A DNA stretch of 63,987 bases, filler included, from Malassezia furfur (lineage: Eukaryota): NCBI GenBank assembly GCA_052055015.1. It is 6 parts of 6 records of this genome, joined end to end, with 100 filler letters (N's around TTAATTAATTAA, not from the genome) between each part and the next. Parts side by side here need not be neighbours in the genome. Positions count along the whole stretch, not along the records: positions 1 to 11,258 come from JBQJIT010000363.1; 5 more parts are not named here. The stretch is one strand, 5' to 3'. Below, in pieces: positions 1 to 11,358 of this stretch. The notes beneath the pieces were generated by a model, which made no database searches, was not told where the DNA came from, and was given only the letters and a program-made list of their open reading frames with translations. Positions within the stretch are counted from its first letter, which is position 1; every line of letters starts with the position of its first letter. Both the position numbers and the translations under genes were made by a program.

Positions 1-407
1 GGCGTCTTGCGCACCTGCGCGTCCCAAGCCGCGCGGTCTTCGCCCGGCTCCAGCGACGCGACGGGTTGTGTGAGGTCGAGCTGCTGCCCGTGTGTGCGCA
101 GGTGCGTCTGTACCGTGTCCAGGAAGAAGTCGAGTGACCCACGCACGAACCGCTCGTCGGATGCCATAAATGCGTGCAGCGGGTCGAAGCGCAGCGGGAA
201 CGAGGCGTGCTTACGCTGCTCGAGCTGCGACGTATGCACAGTGACTGTGTGAGCATGCGCCGACGTACTCGACTCGATGCTCTGCTCGAACGGGCGCATG
301 AGCTGTGCAAAGTCCTGGGCGCCATTTCGCTGTGCGACCGCATCAACGTCAGCACCGCTGAGCACCGCGACGCGCGGGCACAGCGCGCGGTGCACCGTGT
401 CGGCCAT
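1..407 (-). CDS. TRS85: TRAPP III subunit Trs85/TRAPPC8, N-terminal part (runs off window start)
   Basis: ATG 407; MADTVHRALCPRVAVLSGADVD...FAQLMRPFEQSIES, 24-nt intron 245-268, then ITVHTSQLEQRK..FPLRF; resembles the Trs85 N-terminus. Confidence 0.6.
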   Translation of the reverse strand, partial: MADTVHRALCPRVAVLSGADVDAVAQRNGAQDFAQLMRPFEQSIESSTSAHAHTVTVHTSQLEQRKHASFPLRFDPLHAFMASDERFVRGSLDFFLDTVQTHLRTHGQQLDLTQPVASLEPGEDRAAWDAQVRKT

Positions 408-473
408 GGCGGGCGCAGGCGGTAGTCCACGTGGTACCACGTGCGGTGTGGGGCCCCTCCGGCTCTCGACACC

Positions 474-1975
474 ATGGCACCGGAGCCGGTGACCACGGAG
501 AACCTGGCACTGCTCGTCGACGGGCCGTCGCCGACGTCGCCAACATCTGAAACGAGGGATGAGCGTGGCTCGGTTTCGCCCAAGAGCGCACGCACCAGCA
601 CCTCGCTGTCGCGCCGCGCGAGTGCGTCGATGCACTCGATGATCATCGGCTCGATGGTTAACGTCAAGGGCGAGCCGCCGCGCCTGCCCACCGAGAAGCG
701 CAAGCCGCCGCTGTCACTTGCCACTACCTCGGTCAACTTCCGTGGTTTTGTGCAAAAAAGCGGGCCCGTGTTCTACTTCCAGGACAATGTCGAGTCGACG
801 CTCATGTGGGACGACTGGCCCTGGACGGTGATGTGGATGGGCATCTGGGCCGTGCTGTGTACGTATACCGCACTCACACAGCGCTCAACCCGCGCCTCTT
901 GTTTTGCGTGCCGCCCGCGATCCTCGTGACGATCCTGTGCAACACCTACTTTATCCGCTTTCCCCAGACGCAGGTGGAGCGCGATGCATCGCCCGGCGAC
1001 GCGCTGCGCGCCTCGCTCTTTTTCTCGCCGATCCTCAATGAGGAGCCGCGGCACGCACCCATCGAGCCGCACCCGGTTACCGAGGGCGAGATGCAGTACT
1101 TTTACAACATGCGTGATATCCAGAACATGATGCGCCTCGTCATCGACGGCTACGACCACATTGCGCCACTCGTCAAGTACCTCAACTGGTCGAGCGTGCC
1201 GCGAACATTGCGTCTGCTGCAGGCCGCAATCGCGGCCATGGTGTTCATGTTCTTCCTCGGACCCTACATTCCTGTACGGCTCACTTTGTTCCTCGTCGGC
1301 GAAGGGGTGCTCATTATGAACCACCCGTGGGTGAAGCCCACCGCCGAGGCCGTGCACAAGCATCTCAACTCGGGCCGCGCGGCACAGAAACGCATTTTGC
1401 GCAAGCGTCAGCTTACGCAGCGCATCTCGGACCTCCTCGACGAGGACCGCTTGCCCGAGTCTGTCTGGGAGCGCGGCTGGCGCGACGTGGAACTCTTTGA
1501 GAACCAGCGCTTCCGCCCAGGAAAGAAGCGCGGTGGCGGCGAGAAGGACGCCAACTGGTCGGGGAATGCGCTCCAATCCTCTGAGCGCCAGGCCTGGACG
1601 CATGGTAGCGATGGCTATGCCTCGGACAAGGAGGCCGCTATTCAAAACAAGCAGTCGCTTCGCCCCGATGAAGGCTGGGAGTGGATCGACGGCGATGACT
1701 GGCGCATCGACTGGGGCGGCCTATGGAGCACCGTGGGCGTGGACGAAAATGGGTTCCTGTATACCGACAACTCGTGGCAAAACCCGGCGCCGTACGCGTA
1801 CGGCACCGACCCCAAGGCGCCCAAGGCCCCGGCACGGCTCCTGGACGAGGGGGATGCGGACGACGATGAGGACGACGACGAGGCAGACGCGTTGGACGAC
1901 GACATCGTGCCACCCAAATACTTTGCCGTGACACGCCGCAGGCGGTGGCTGCGGCGCGCCGTCAAGGTCGTATAA
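474..1975 (+). CDS. Pex24/Pex29-family integral peroxisomal membrane protein with C-terminal dysferlin-like domain
   Basis: ATG 474; 23-nt intron 859-881 joins ORFs 441..929 and 806..1975; motifs NMRDIQNMM, LNWS, ELFENQR, GWEW, DENGFLYTD, TRRRRWLR. Confidence 0.8.
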
Positions 1976-1991
1976 GTGTGTGATGCGGTAG

Positions 1992-3528
1992 CTACGAATA
2001 CATCCAGCGAGTCTGGTCCTGGTCCATAGACGGCATCGCGTGCGCCTGCGTCTGGGGAGAGTTGAATGCTGTGGGCAGCCCCTGCATACCCAGCGTGGGT
2101 GTGCCGTAGCCGGGCAGAATCGCATTGTTCGGCAGCATAGTTTGGGCGCTCATCGCATTGCCGCCAGGCAGCAGCAGCGACTTGTCGTCGAAACCCATTT
2201 TGCCCTGCAACTGCTGCGGCATACCGAACGCATTGAATGCGGCCTGCTGCTGCTGCTGCATCTTGGGCGTACCTGTGCCTTGGCTCGCCGCGTACATTGC
2301 CGCCTGCTTGGGCTGCTTTGCAGCCGCCGATGCGGGCGGCGAGGTGGCCTCTTCGGTCTTGCGCCGCTTCGTTTTACCACGCCCCTTGTTCCCGGCGTCG
2401 TCCGGCGGCGACGCGGCCACCGTTGGAGTCTCGGGCTTCTTGGGCGCCTCTTTGGTCTTGGTTGTCTTTTTCTTCTTAGTGGAGGAGGCACCCGTCGCAG
2501 TAAGCTCGGGCGCTTTGGCCGTCGTCGCAGCCGCCTCTTTCGGCGAGGCGGTCCCGGCACCGCTACGCGACTTGCGCCAGTTGCGAAGAAACTCGATGCG
2601 AGAAAACCTGCGTAAGATGTGCACACGTACGTCGGCACAAAGGGCCCTTCGGGAGTGAGATCCGCGTTGCCATTGGAGGACGACGAGGTCGTGGCCCAGC
2701 CGCCTTTCATCATCGACATGATTTGCTCGCGCCGCGCATCCTGCGACCGCTCTAGCTCGAGCTCCACCGAGTTGAGCTTGTTCCCGGTGGTCTTGTCGCG
2801 ACGATAGCGGTGGAACGTGGGCGTCTCGGGGTAGTTGTGCGGCGGCATGGTGCTGCTCAGCATCAGGTTGGCCATGCGCATTGCATGGGGGTCCGGCGAA
2901 AGGCACAGCGGCGGTGCAGTGAGGTTGAGGATCTTGGACTCGATTTGGAGCGCCTTTTCGTCGCTCCAGATACCACCATGCTTGGCATCCAAGGACTTGA
3001 GGTCGTTCCAGAGCGCCTCGACGGTTGGCTGCAGCACGATACGGTAGATCTCGACGCCGTTCGGACTAGGGTATGTTTCCTGGCTGCGTAGCAGCGAGCG
3101 GCCCATCATTCCGGACGCACTCATTCCGTACTTTCCGCCATCGCGGAGGTACATGAGGTCGGCGTGGGCCGAGTCCGAGCGGCCATACTCCAGACGGGAC
3201 GACGTATCGGACGTGACGGTCGGCTTCCGGTGGTCATGCACTTCTACCAGCAAACAACCCTCAAAAAAAGGCACACCTGCTTGCTCAAACACATCCACGA
3301 GGTCCACGGGTAGCTGTTGGTCGCGAATGTAGTGCAAAAAGTCCTGCAATCGTGAGGCAGGCCGCGTACCTTTGTGCGCGACTCGAACATAAAGCAACCA
3401 TCCTGCTTCTCGAATCGCATAAACTGCGGATGGATGTGAACGACGAAGCTCGTCGGGTCCTTTCGGTGCCGCTTTAGGATCTGCCGCACCGTCCGCTGGT
3501 AGTTGTACACCGACGCGGACGTCGCCAT
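1992..3528 (-). CDS. SPT20: SAGA subunit Spt20 (Spt20 SEP domain)
   Basis: ATG 3528; introns 3344-3369 (26 nt) and 2608-2630 (23 nt); motifs SFVVHIHPQFMRF, FFEGCLLVEVHDHR, TAPPLCLSPDP. Confidence 0.8.
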
Positions 3529-3578
3529 GGTGGGCCGTGGGGAGGGGCGTCGGAGGAGGGGCCTCCACATGGCATGGA

Positions 3579-5158
3579 CTACTCATCGTCGCTATCGAAC
3601 GTCAGATCGATCACGTCCGCCGTGCGTTCTGCGGGCATCGGGGGCGGTGTGGGTGTAGGCATGTCATTTTCGAGTACCGGATCGTGTGCCATTGCATCGC
3701 CATCGGCAAGAAGGTCGTCTTCATCCATCAAAAAGTCGCCGATGTCCATCGAGTCAGCGCTTTCCTCGGCCGGCGGCGGCACCGACCGCGGTGGCGCTTG
3801 GAGAATGGGCGAGGTGTCGGAGTATTTGCCATCGGTGGTGTGCCACGACCCATCTGACTCCACAAGCACCGTGTCAATGTCGGTCGGCACACGCTGCAGA
3901 ATGTCCTCGACATAGCCGTCCAGTCGCAGCTGCTCCGCCACAACCGTTTGGTTGCACACCGGGCATAACCATTGCGGTGATTGCTCGTTCAGCGAAAAGA
4001 AGCTCTGTGCGTCAAAGCACTGGATGTGCTCGCACAGGTCCGACCGACACGGCGTGACCATCCGCACATAGGTCAGTGGGCATGTCAGTTTCAGCGTCGA
4101 GGCACCCGTCACAATCTCCTCGTCTAGTGCCTGCTTCTGCATATGCGCCAGCACTTCGTCTTTGGTGCGAATTTGTCGCTGCTGCAACTGCGCTGTGAGT
4201 TGCTCGGCGCTTGTAATCCGGCACAGAGCGACGGCCACGGCATGGCGCTGGATGAGAAAGACAAACGTACATTCTGCGCGTTGGCATACGCCAGTTCCAC
4301 CCGGTTCACGCGTCCAGGCTGTAAAAGCAGCGAGCCATTCCGGTTCACGTCCGGCGGGGCGACCCGGCCAGGGTGCTTTTTGCTACCCTTGAGGCTTACA
4401 CCGAGTGCCTTGTCGTTGACGCGCGCCTCGCTGGTAAACGGAAATTCGACCGGTGCCAGATGCCCGCTCGTAATCGACGCCATGTAATGCTCAAACGTCG
4501 TGCAAAAGAGGCGTAGCTGGTAGCGTTTGGGGGTATCTTGAAGAAGCTCGCGCTGTTTTTGCGAGAGGGTGAAGGCAACCGTTACCTGGCGCCGTCCAGA
4601 TGGCGCAGGCGCCTCGGGAACTTGTACAATGCCCGAAACGTACTCGAGCATCTCGTAGAACGGCGACGCACGGAAGCGCAAACGGTGAAGTGCACCCGAC
4701 GACGAGCGGGACGCCATCGCCGGCGCTGGGGACGATGCGCCGTTCGGCGCAGTCGACACAGAGGGTTTTTTAGGAAGCGGGGATGCCTGCATCTCGCTCA
4801 TGCGGCCGTACATTTGCGGCATTCTAGGGGTCAGCGAAGCGTCGACGTACTGGCTCGCTTGCCGGATGTTTTGCAGACCACGCATATACGCGTACAAACC
4901 GAGGGGCGCGATAAGTACCGCAAACTCATGGAGTCGCTTGGGAGTGTGACTGTTCGCATCGACGACCTCGAGGAGCCGCGAGGTCAGATCAGACTTGGTG
5001 CCACTGAGCCGCACATGCGAAGAATACGGCAGTTGCTCGTTAATGAGGCGGATATGGTCCTTGAGCTCGGCGACTTTGAGCGACTTTATAAAGTCTGATA
5101 TATCGTTCACGTTAACATTCTCCATGACGCTCGAGGTGTCGGGTCCGCTGTACGCCAT
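3579..5158 (-). CDS. SIZ1: SIZ/PIAS SUMO E3 ligase (SAP, PINIT, SP-RING/zf-MIZ, C-terminal SIM)
   Basis: 23-nt intron 4248-4270; LRFRASPFY, LTCPLTYVRM..PCR..CEHIQCFDA, WLCPVC, VIDLTFDSDDE. Confidence 0.9.
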
Positions 5159-5219
5159 CCCGCCCTACCTCCGTCTCGGCCACGCCGAGGATGGTCGGGG
5201 GATCACGTGGGAGTGGAGT

Positions 5220-6983
5220 CTATGTGGAGCTATTCGTGCGCTGCGCCAACCGCTCGAGCTCCGCACGGCCCTCCCACGGCCGCCCGTCGTTGTGGATGCG
5301 CTCCCACTCGTCCAACAGGTCCAAGTCCACTGCACGTGCACCCAGTGCAAATTGGCGTTGGCATGCCCCGGGACCCGTAGATGCCTCGGACGCGAGCTGT
5401 GCCTCGTTGCCGTCGCGCGGCGGTGACAAAAAGCGCGTGCTGCGTAGTTGCTCGGGGAAGAACTCTTGGTGCACGGGGTGCGCAAAGTTGGGCTCGTAGC
5501 GATACTCGGCGCCATAGCCCAGGTTGCGCATGAGCGCCGTGGGTGCGTTGCGGATGTGGAGCGGCACGGGGTAGTTGAAATCATTTTGGACCATTTTGAG
5601 TGCCTTCTTCCAGGCGCGATAGGTGCGCGTTGATTTGGGGTATTCGGCGAGCGTCACGACGCAGTGCGATAAGTTGATACCGCACTCGGGGTATCCGACG
5701 ATCTCGCAGGCTCGGTACGTCGCGACGGCCAGATTGAGCATTTCGGGCGAGCAGCAGTCCTCGGACGCGCACACTATCAGCCGCCGTGCAATGAACAAGG
5801 GATCATCGCCGGCAGCAACCATGCGGGCAAGCCAGTAGAGCGCCGCGTCAGGGTTGGAGCCACGGATGCTTTTCTGGGTAAGCGCAGGACTACGCACGTG
5901 CAGGGCACTGATGGTATCGTAGTGGGCGTCGCCGGCACGGTCTGGGTCAGGTCTGGGGCGCAGTGACGTACCGTACTTGAGCGCGGTGCGCTTGAGCGCC
6001 TCCTTGAGGCTGCGTACGTTTTCTTCGTGCGATGCTTTCTCGTCGCCCGTGACGAGCGCGAGCTCGAGCGCATTGAGCGCCGCGCTGGGTCAATGGGTCG
6101 ACATACCGAGCATCGCCGTCGGCACTTTGTGCGATCCATTCGAGGAGTGCGTCGTCGATCCACGGCGCCACAACATCGCCTTCTTCTTTGACTCGCTCGA
6201 GTGCTTGTTTCAGTACCTCGAAAGAGTCCTTGAGCGATAGCTTGGAGAGGACCACGACACTGCGTCAGTTCAGCACGTACCGGAGCCGCGACAGCAGCGC
6301 ACCCTGCAGGCGAAACGACGGATTCTCGGTGGTGGCCGCCAGCAGCGTGATATGACTGCGTAAGCAGCGTGTACGCACCCCTTTTCGAGTGCAGGCAGGA
6401 AGATGTCCTGCTGCGAGCGGTTCAAGCGCTGGATTTCGTCGATGAACAAAACGCTGCGTTGCCCGGTGAGCTGCTGGCGGTGCACGGCCTCATCCATGAC
6501 TTTTTTCATCTCAGTGACAGTCGCAACGGTTGCTGACATCTCAATGAAGCGGTACGGCATGCCATGCGCGTCCGCCGACGCCTCTTTGGTGACAAGACGC
6601 GCGAGCGTCGTTTTGCCGGTGCCGGGCGGACCCCATAGCACCATCGACGGCACCTGACCGCGCTGAAGGAGCGCAAGCAGCGCGCCTCGCACGACGGCCT
6701 CCTGCCCAACGTACTCTTTTAGTGAGCGTGGACGCATGCGTTCGGCAAACGGCCGCGACGACGCCATGGGGTCCTTCCGTGGACGCGTGTCCCGCGCGTC
6801 GCGACGCGTCGGCGCGTCTGGCGGCGCGTCTGCTTTGCGTTTTCCCGGAGGTGGCTCCTTTTTGGGTGAGCTGGACCGCTCGCGCGCGAGACACTGATCC
6901 AGGTGCTCGTTGAGCACGCCGAACGCGACGCGTTCCCCGCAATTTGGGCACGCGACGCTCTCGTACGACGCGGGGGCGGCCAT
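5220..6983 (-). CDS. MGS1: Mgs1/WRNIP1 AAA+ ATPase with N-terminal UBZ zinc finger
   Basis: ATG 6983; CPNC..LNEHLDQCL, PFAERMRP, GPPGTGKTT, FIDEIQR, AATTENPSF, HYDTISALHKSIRGS; introns 6356-6378, 6260-6280, 6085-6106, 5942-5971, 5874-5897. Confidence 0.93.
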
Positions 6984-7050
6984 GGCGGGACACGTGACCG
7001 GCGGGGCCCGAGTCCGGCCGGGCGCAGGGATGGTTTGGCCACGAGCCAAG

Positions 7051-7659
7051 ATGAGCAAGCCCAGCGGCCATCTCGCGAGCGAAGAGGTGCTGAACAAGAA
7101 GGTGCGTGACGTGTCTGACCGCAGCTGGATCTTTGCATCAGCAATGCCATTGTGAAGACCGGTATCGGTTTCAGCGCCGGTGTGGTGCTCTCGGTGGTGC
7201 TCCTGAAGCGTACGTCCTTCTCCGCGTACTGACGCAGGCCGCTCGTGGCCCGTTTGGCTCGGCACCGGTTTTGGCCTGGGTGCAGGCTACACCGACTGTG
7301 AGCGCTCATTCAACCCTGTCGCCGTTCCTGGTGTGCGTGTGATCCCGAGCAGCGCTGCGGCCAATGTGCCGGACACGCAGATGGGCAAGATCCAGCAGCG
7401 TGTTGGCGAACTGTTTGGCCAAGCGAAGGACGAGACCGAGCAGAAGGTGCCTGCGGCTACGCAAAATATCCGTGACCAGGTGCAGAACCGCTTTGCCGAC
7501 CTCACCAACAAGGGCCGCGACGTCGTCGAGCAGCAGGTGAGCAACCTGCAGGACGCCGCGCACGACGTCGCCTCCAAGTTCCAGGAGAAGACGCAGGACC
7601 TGACGGATGCGGTTAAGCAGACCGAGCAGAAGGCCGAGGACAAGGTGCGCCGCATCTAA
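7051..7659 (+). CDS. MIC10: MICOS subunit Mic10 with extended helical C-terminal tail
   Basis: Introns 7102-7124 (23 nt) and 7210-7237 (28 nt) give SEEVLNKKLDLCISNAIVKTGIGFSAGVVLSVVLLKRRSWPVWLGTGFGLGAGYTDCERSFNP; Gly-rich TM motifs typical of Mic10. Confidence 0.9.
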
Positions 7660-7675
7660 CGGCGGGCATTCGTAG

Positions 7676-7940
7676 ATGCTGCGCGTAGTACCAAGGCGGA
7701 CTTCTAACGCTGCAGACGCTCTCGCGTGTCTATTCGGTTCACGCGCCGCACGAGCCGTGCTTGGCGTGCAAACTTACAGGTGCCGCGGCGCTCGCATGTG
7801 TGGGCATCGGCGCGCTCACCGAGGCGCACCGGGTCGGCTTCTTTTATGCGGCGCGTCGCACGCAGCCCAAATGGGGCGCATTTCTCACACTCGTAGGCAT
7901 TGCAGGGCTCGGTGGCAGCATCGCGCGCCTGACTACATAG
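7676..7940 (+). CDS. Small two-TM mitochondrial protein, DMAC1/DUF4536-like (not in ORF track)
   Basis: ATG-CTG-CGC 7676-7684, 31-nt intron 7685-7715 (CTAAC..CAG), open frame 7716-7940: ...EPCLACKLTGAAALACVGIGAL...WGAFLTLVGIAGLGGSIARLTT*; CxxC before TM1. Confidence 0.65.
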
Positions 7941-9039
7941 GGGTATCCAGCCATGCACGCAGATCCTGCTCGCGTTCTGCCAACGACGACACATGCAGCG
8001 TCTGCAGCTCGCGCGCGACCTCGGTGTCGGCGCCGCGCACTATCGACCAGTCGGCGTGCCGTTTGCATCGCCGCTTGGGCTCGCCGCAGACTACCTCGGG
8101 GCCTGTGCCGTCGTGCTGCCCCGCAAAGCGCCCGTCGAGCGGCGCCTCCTCTTGGAGCATCGTGCGGCCCGCTGGCGATGTCGCCCACGCCCATAGCGGC
8201 TCGTCATCCCATGCGAGACGCGCATCAAACCCGCACCGCGGGATGCTCGCATCACGCTGCTTCCCCACGTCCTCCTCCGCCGCAGGTGGCAGCGTCGACA
8301 GCCGGTCCTCGGCGAGCTGCAGCAGCTTGCCGCGCACCGCAAGCACGTCAAGCAGCACATTCCCACGCGCGCTCTCGGTACGCACACGTGCGAGCTCCGC
8401 GGCCCACTGCGCGTGCTCTTGCTTGCCGTCGAGCGGCGTCGCATGCGCGCGAGCATACGCACCGACACTCGTGCCTGGCGGTGGCCCCGCGATTGGCGCG
8501 AGCGTACGGATGCCGTCCTGCATGCGCGCGAGCCATGCATGGGTCGACTCCTGTGTGGATGCACCCTGGGCGAGTGAGGGACGCGTCCATACCGCATATC
8601 CGCGTGGGTGGTGCGCCGAACGCACGGCGTCGGTTGTGAGCCGCGTGGCGGCGTTGGGCGCGTCATCGAGTGCGAGCACGCGGTCACGCACGGTGCGCAT
8701 ACCACATTCATCCGAGCAGTACAGTGAGATGGGCAACCGCGCGGCGTTGGTGCATCTGGGGCTCTTGCACGGCTGCTTGTACGACGTACGTGCATCGGTG
8801 CCTGGGTGAGCGGAGCGACATACGTGTCTCGCACGACGAGCAAATGAACTGGTCGATACGCTCCACGGCATCGTCATCAATGTGCAGGCATGACGCGTGA
8901 AACCACTCGTCGCAGTGGTCGCACGCGATCATCACGCGGTCGTCCTCTGGGTCAGTGGTCGCGACATACCGAGCTCCGTGCGGCATACGCAGTACCGCTT
9001 GGCCTCCGTAGGCGGTGCCGCATCTATCGGGCCATGCAT
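7933..9039 (-). CDS. SPP1: COMPASS subunit Spp1/CXXC1-like PHD-finger protein
   Basis: ATG 9039; introns 8947-8969 (23 nt), 8802-8823 (22 nt); YCVCR..VMIACDHCDEWFHASC, YCSDECG, CGFDARL, C..RRCKRHADW. Confidence 0.85.
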
Positions 9040-9130
9040 GTCAGTACGCTTGGCGTCCGCGGGCGCATCCGGCGCGTCGCCGTGGATGCGCTTGCGCGCG
9101 TCGGCGCCCGCCGCGTTCGCCTCCACCACC

Positions 9131-10340
9131 ATGGAAGAACGGTCGTGGATGGAGCACGTGGGTCGTGCCGCCGAGTCGCTGCTGGACACAGCGTATGCGC
9201 TACTCTCGGCGCTGCCGTGCGGCACGGGGGCCGCACACGTTGAGCTCAACGGGCGCACGTACGAGGTCGTGAAGCTGCTTGGCGAGGGCGGCTTTAGCTT
9301 GGTGTACCTGGTGCGCGACCCCGCATCGGGGCAGCAGTTCGCGCTGAAAAAGATCCGATGCCAATATGGCGAGGCGTCAGTGCGCGATGCACTCGCCGAG
9401 GTCGATGCAATGAACCGCTTCCGCGGTCCCAATGTGATCCGCGCGTGCGACACGGCTGTTGTGCGCGACGATGCACGCGCGTCGGTGCTTGGCAATGTGC
9501 CGACGCACGACGAGGAGAGCGGTCAGGGTCGCGTGGTGTACATCCTGCTGCCGTACTATGCGAATGGGAATCTACAGGATGCCATCAATGCGCACGTCAT
9601 CCATGCGACGCACTTTGACGAGCGGACGCTGCTGCACCTGTTTCTCGGCGCGTGCCGCGGCGTGCAGACGATGCACCACTATGTGCCGCCGCGCACGGGC
9701 GACGAGCGCACGGCAACGGCCACTGCACCACAGGGCGAGAGCGCCGCGCTCCTGTTTGATGCCGAGTCCGACGCGGCGTACCCTCCGGCACCGCCGATGC
9801 GCGTGGCCAATGCGCAGGAAGCCGTCGATGCAGCGGCGCGCGAGGCGTATGCGCACCGCGACATCAAGCCAGCGTATGTTGCTTTACTAACTCAGCAACA
9901 TTATGATTGCCGACGACCGGCGCACGGCGGTGCTGATGGACTTTGGCAGCACGCTCAAGGCCAGAATACCCATCCAGTCGCGCAAGGAGGCCGTTGCGCA
10001 TCAGGATTTGGCCGCCGAGCGCTCCAGCATGCCTTACCGTGCGCCAGAGCTGTTCGACGTGAAGACAGACGTGGTGCTCGACGAAAAGGTGGACATCTGG
10101 GCGCTGGGATGCACGCTGTATGCCATGGCCTACCTCCACTCGCCGTTCGAGACGGCGTCCACAACGGAGCAGGGCGGCTCGCTGGCGCTTGCCGTAACGA
10201 ATGGAGCCTACAAGTTCCCTGCTAACGACAGCTACTCGGACGTAGTGCGCGACGTGATCCGGTCGTGCTTGCAGACGAATCCGGCAAAGCGCCCCTCGAT
10301 TGAGGCGCTCATCGCACAGGTGGAAGCGGCACTCGCCTAG
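9131..10340 (+). CDS. ENV7: NAK-family Ser/Thr kinase Env7/STK16
   Basis: LGEGGFSLVY, ALKKI, HRDIKPAN (22-nt intron 9874-9895), MDFGS, MPYRAPELF, DIWALGC. Confidence 0.9.
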
Positions 10341-11241
10341 GCAGTCGCCTTCCACGTCGTAACCATACCACCAATCGCCGCGATCGCACCAAAGAAGCCG
10401 ACCCACGACTCGGCCATCACACCAGACGGCACGGCCCAGTGCACGCTTGCCGGCAGGTAGCCAAAGTAGATCCAGAAGTTGGTGACCAGCGCGTCCTTGC
10501 GCTCCTGGATCTCGTCCCACATGCGCCGCGTGGTCTGCTGCTCCTCGCTGAGCGGCTCGGCCTTTCCGTCCGTCTTTTTGCCCGCGTGCGGCTGCGGGTG
10601 GCCGCGGCTGCGCTCGAGTGCCTTGGCACGCGAACGGAGCAGGCGGTTGTCCTCGACAATGTGCACAAACTGAAGCACAACGTACAACAGCCACAGGCGC
10701 AGCGCATGCTTCCACAGCCAGCCCTGGCGCTGCGGCGAGATGTTGAGCACCTTGTGGTAGCCGAGATACGCCAAGGCCTCCATAGGGCAGTAGGCGACCA
10801 TCGACCACGCCTGGATGCGTTCCACCTGCAACAGCAACTTGGTGGGTGGCGGCGTGCGCTCGAGCGAGATGAGCCATTGAATCATGGGCACAATGCCCCA
10901 AATACGGTACAGAATGCGCGCGTCGCCGATGAGGTCGGCGAGTGCCGTCAGGCGCGCAACACCGCTCGGCACCTTGCTAGCGGTCGCGAGGCTCAGGCGC
11001 GCACGCAGTCCGTGCAGAAAGAGCAGCACGCCGACAATTGCCTTGGAGCTATATTGGACCGTCATCAGGGACTGGGGTCAGCAGCCTGGCCACCCACCTT
11101 ATCAGTGCCCGTCCAGGTGCTCAGGAAGCGGCCAAGGTGGTCCAGCGTCTTGGACGGCGGCACATGGCGGAAGACGCCCAGCACTTCGTCAATCGCTGTA
11201 CGCTTGTTCGTGCGCGCAGGAGCTCGTGCCGGCTGGCTCAT
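10337..11241 (-). CDS. PEX11: Pex11-family peroxisomal membrane protein
   Basis: ATG 11241; 26-nt intron 11072-11097; FLSTWTGTDKSLMTVQY, IGDARILYRIWG, YLPASVHWA. Confidence 0.75.
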
Positions 11242-11258
11242 GACCAGGGTGGGGTGGG

Positions 11259-11358
11259 NNNNNNNNNNNNNNNNNNNNNNNNNNNNNNNNNNNNNNNNNN
11301 NNTTAATTAATTAANNNNNNNNNNNNNNNNNNNNNNNNNNNNNNNNNNNNNNNNNNNN
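11259..11358. other. Artificial contig linker
   Basis: 44 N + TTAATTAATTAA (stops in all six frames) + 44 N. Confidence 0.98.

Noticed and set aside
441..10340. Apparent frameshifts or programmed recoding in split ORFs
   Set aside because: Each frame switch coincides with a GT...CTNAC..AG micro-intron
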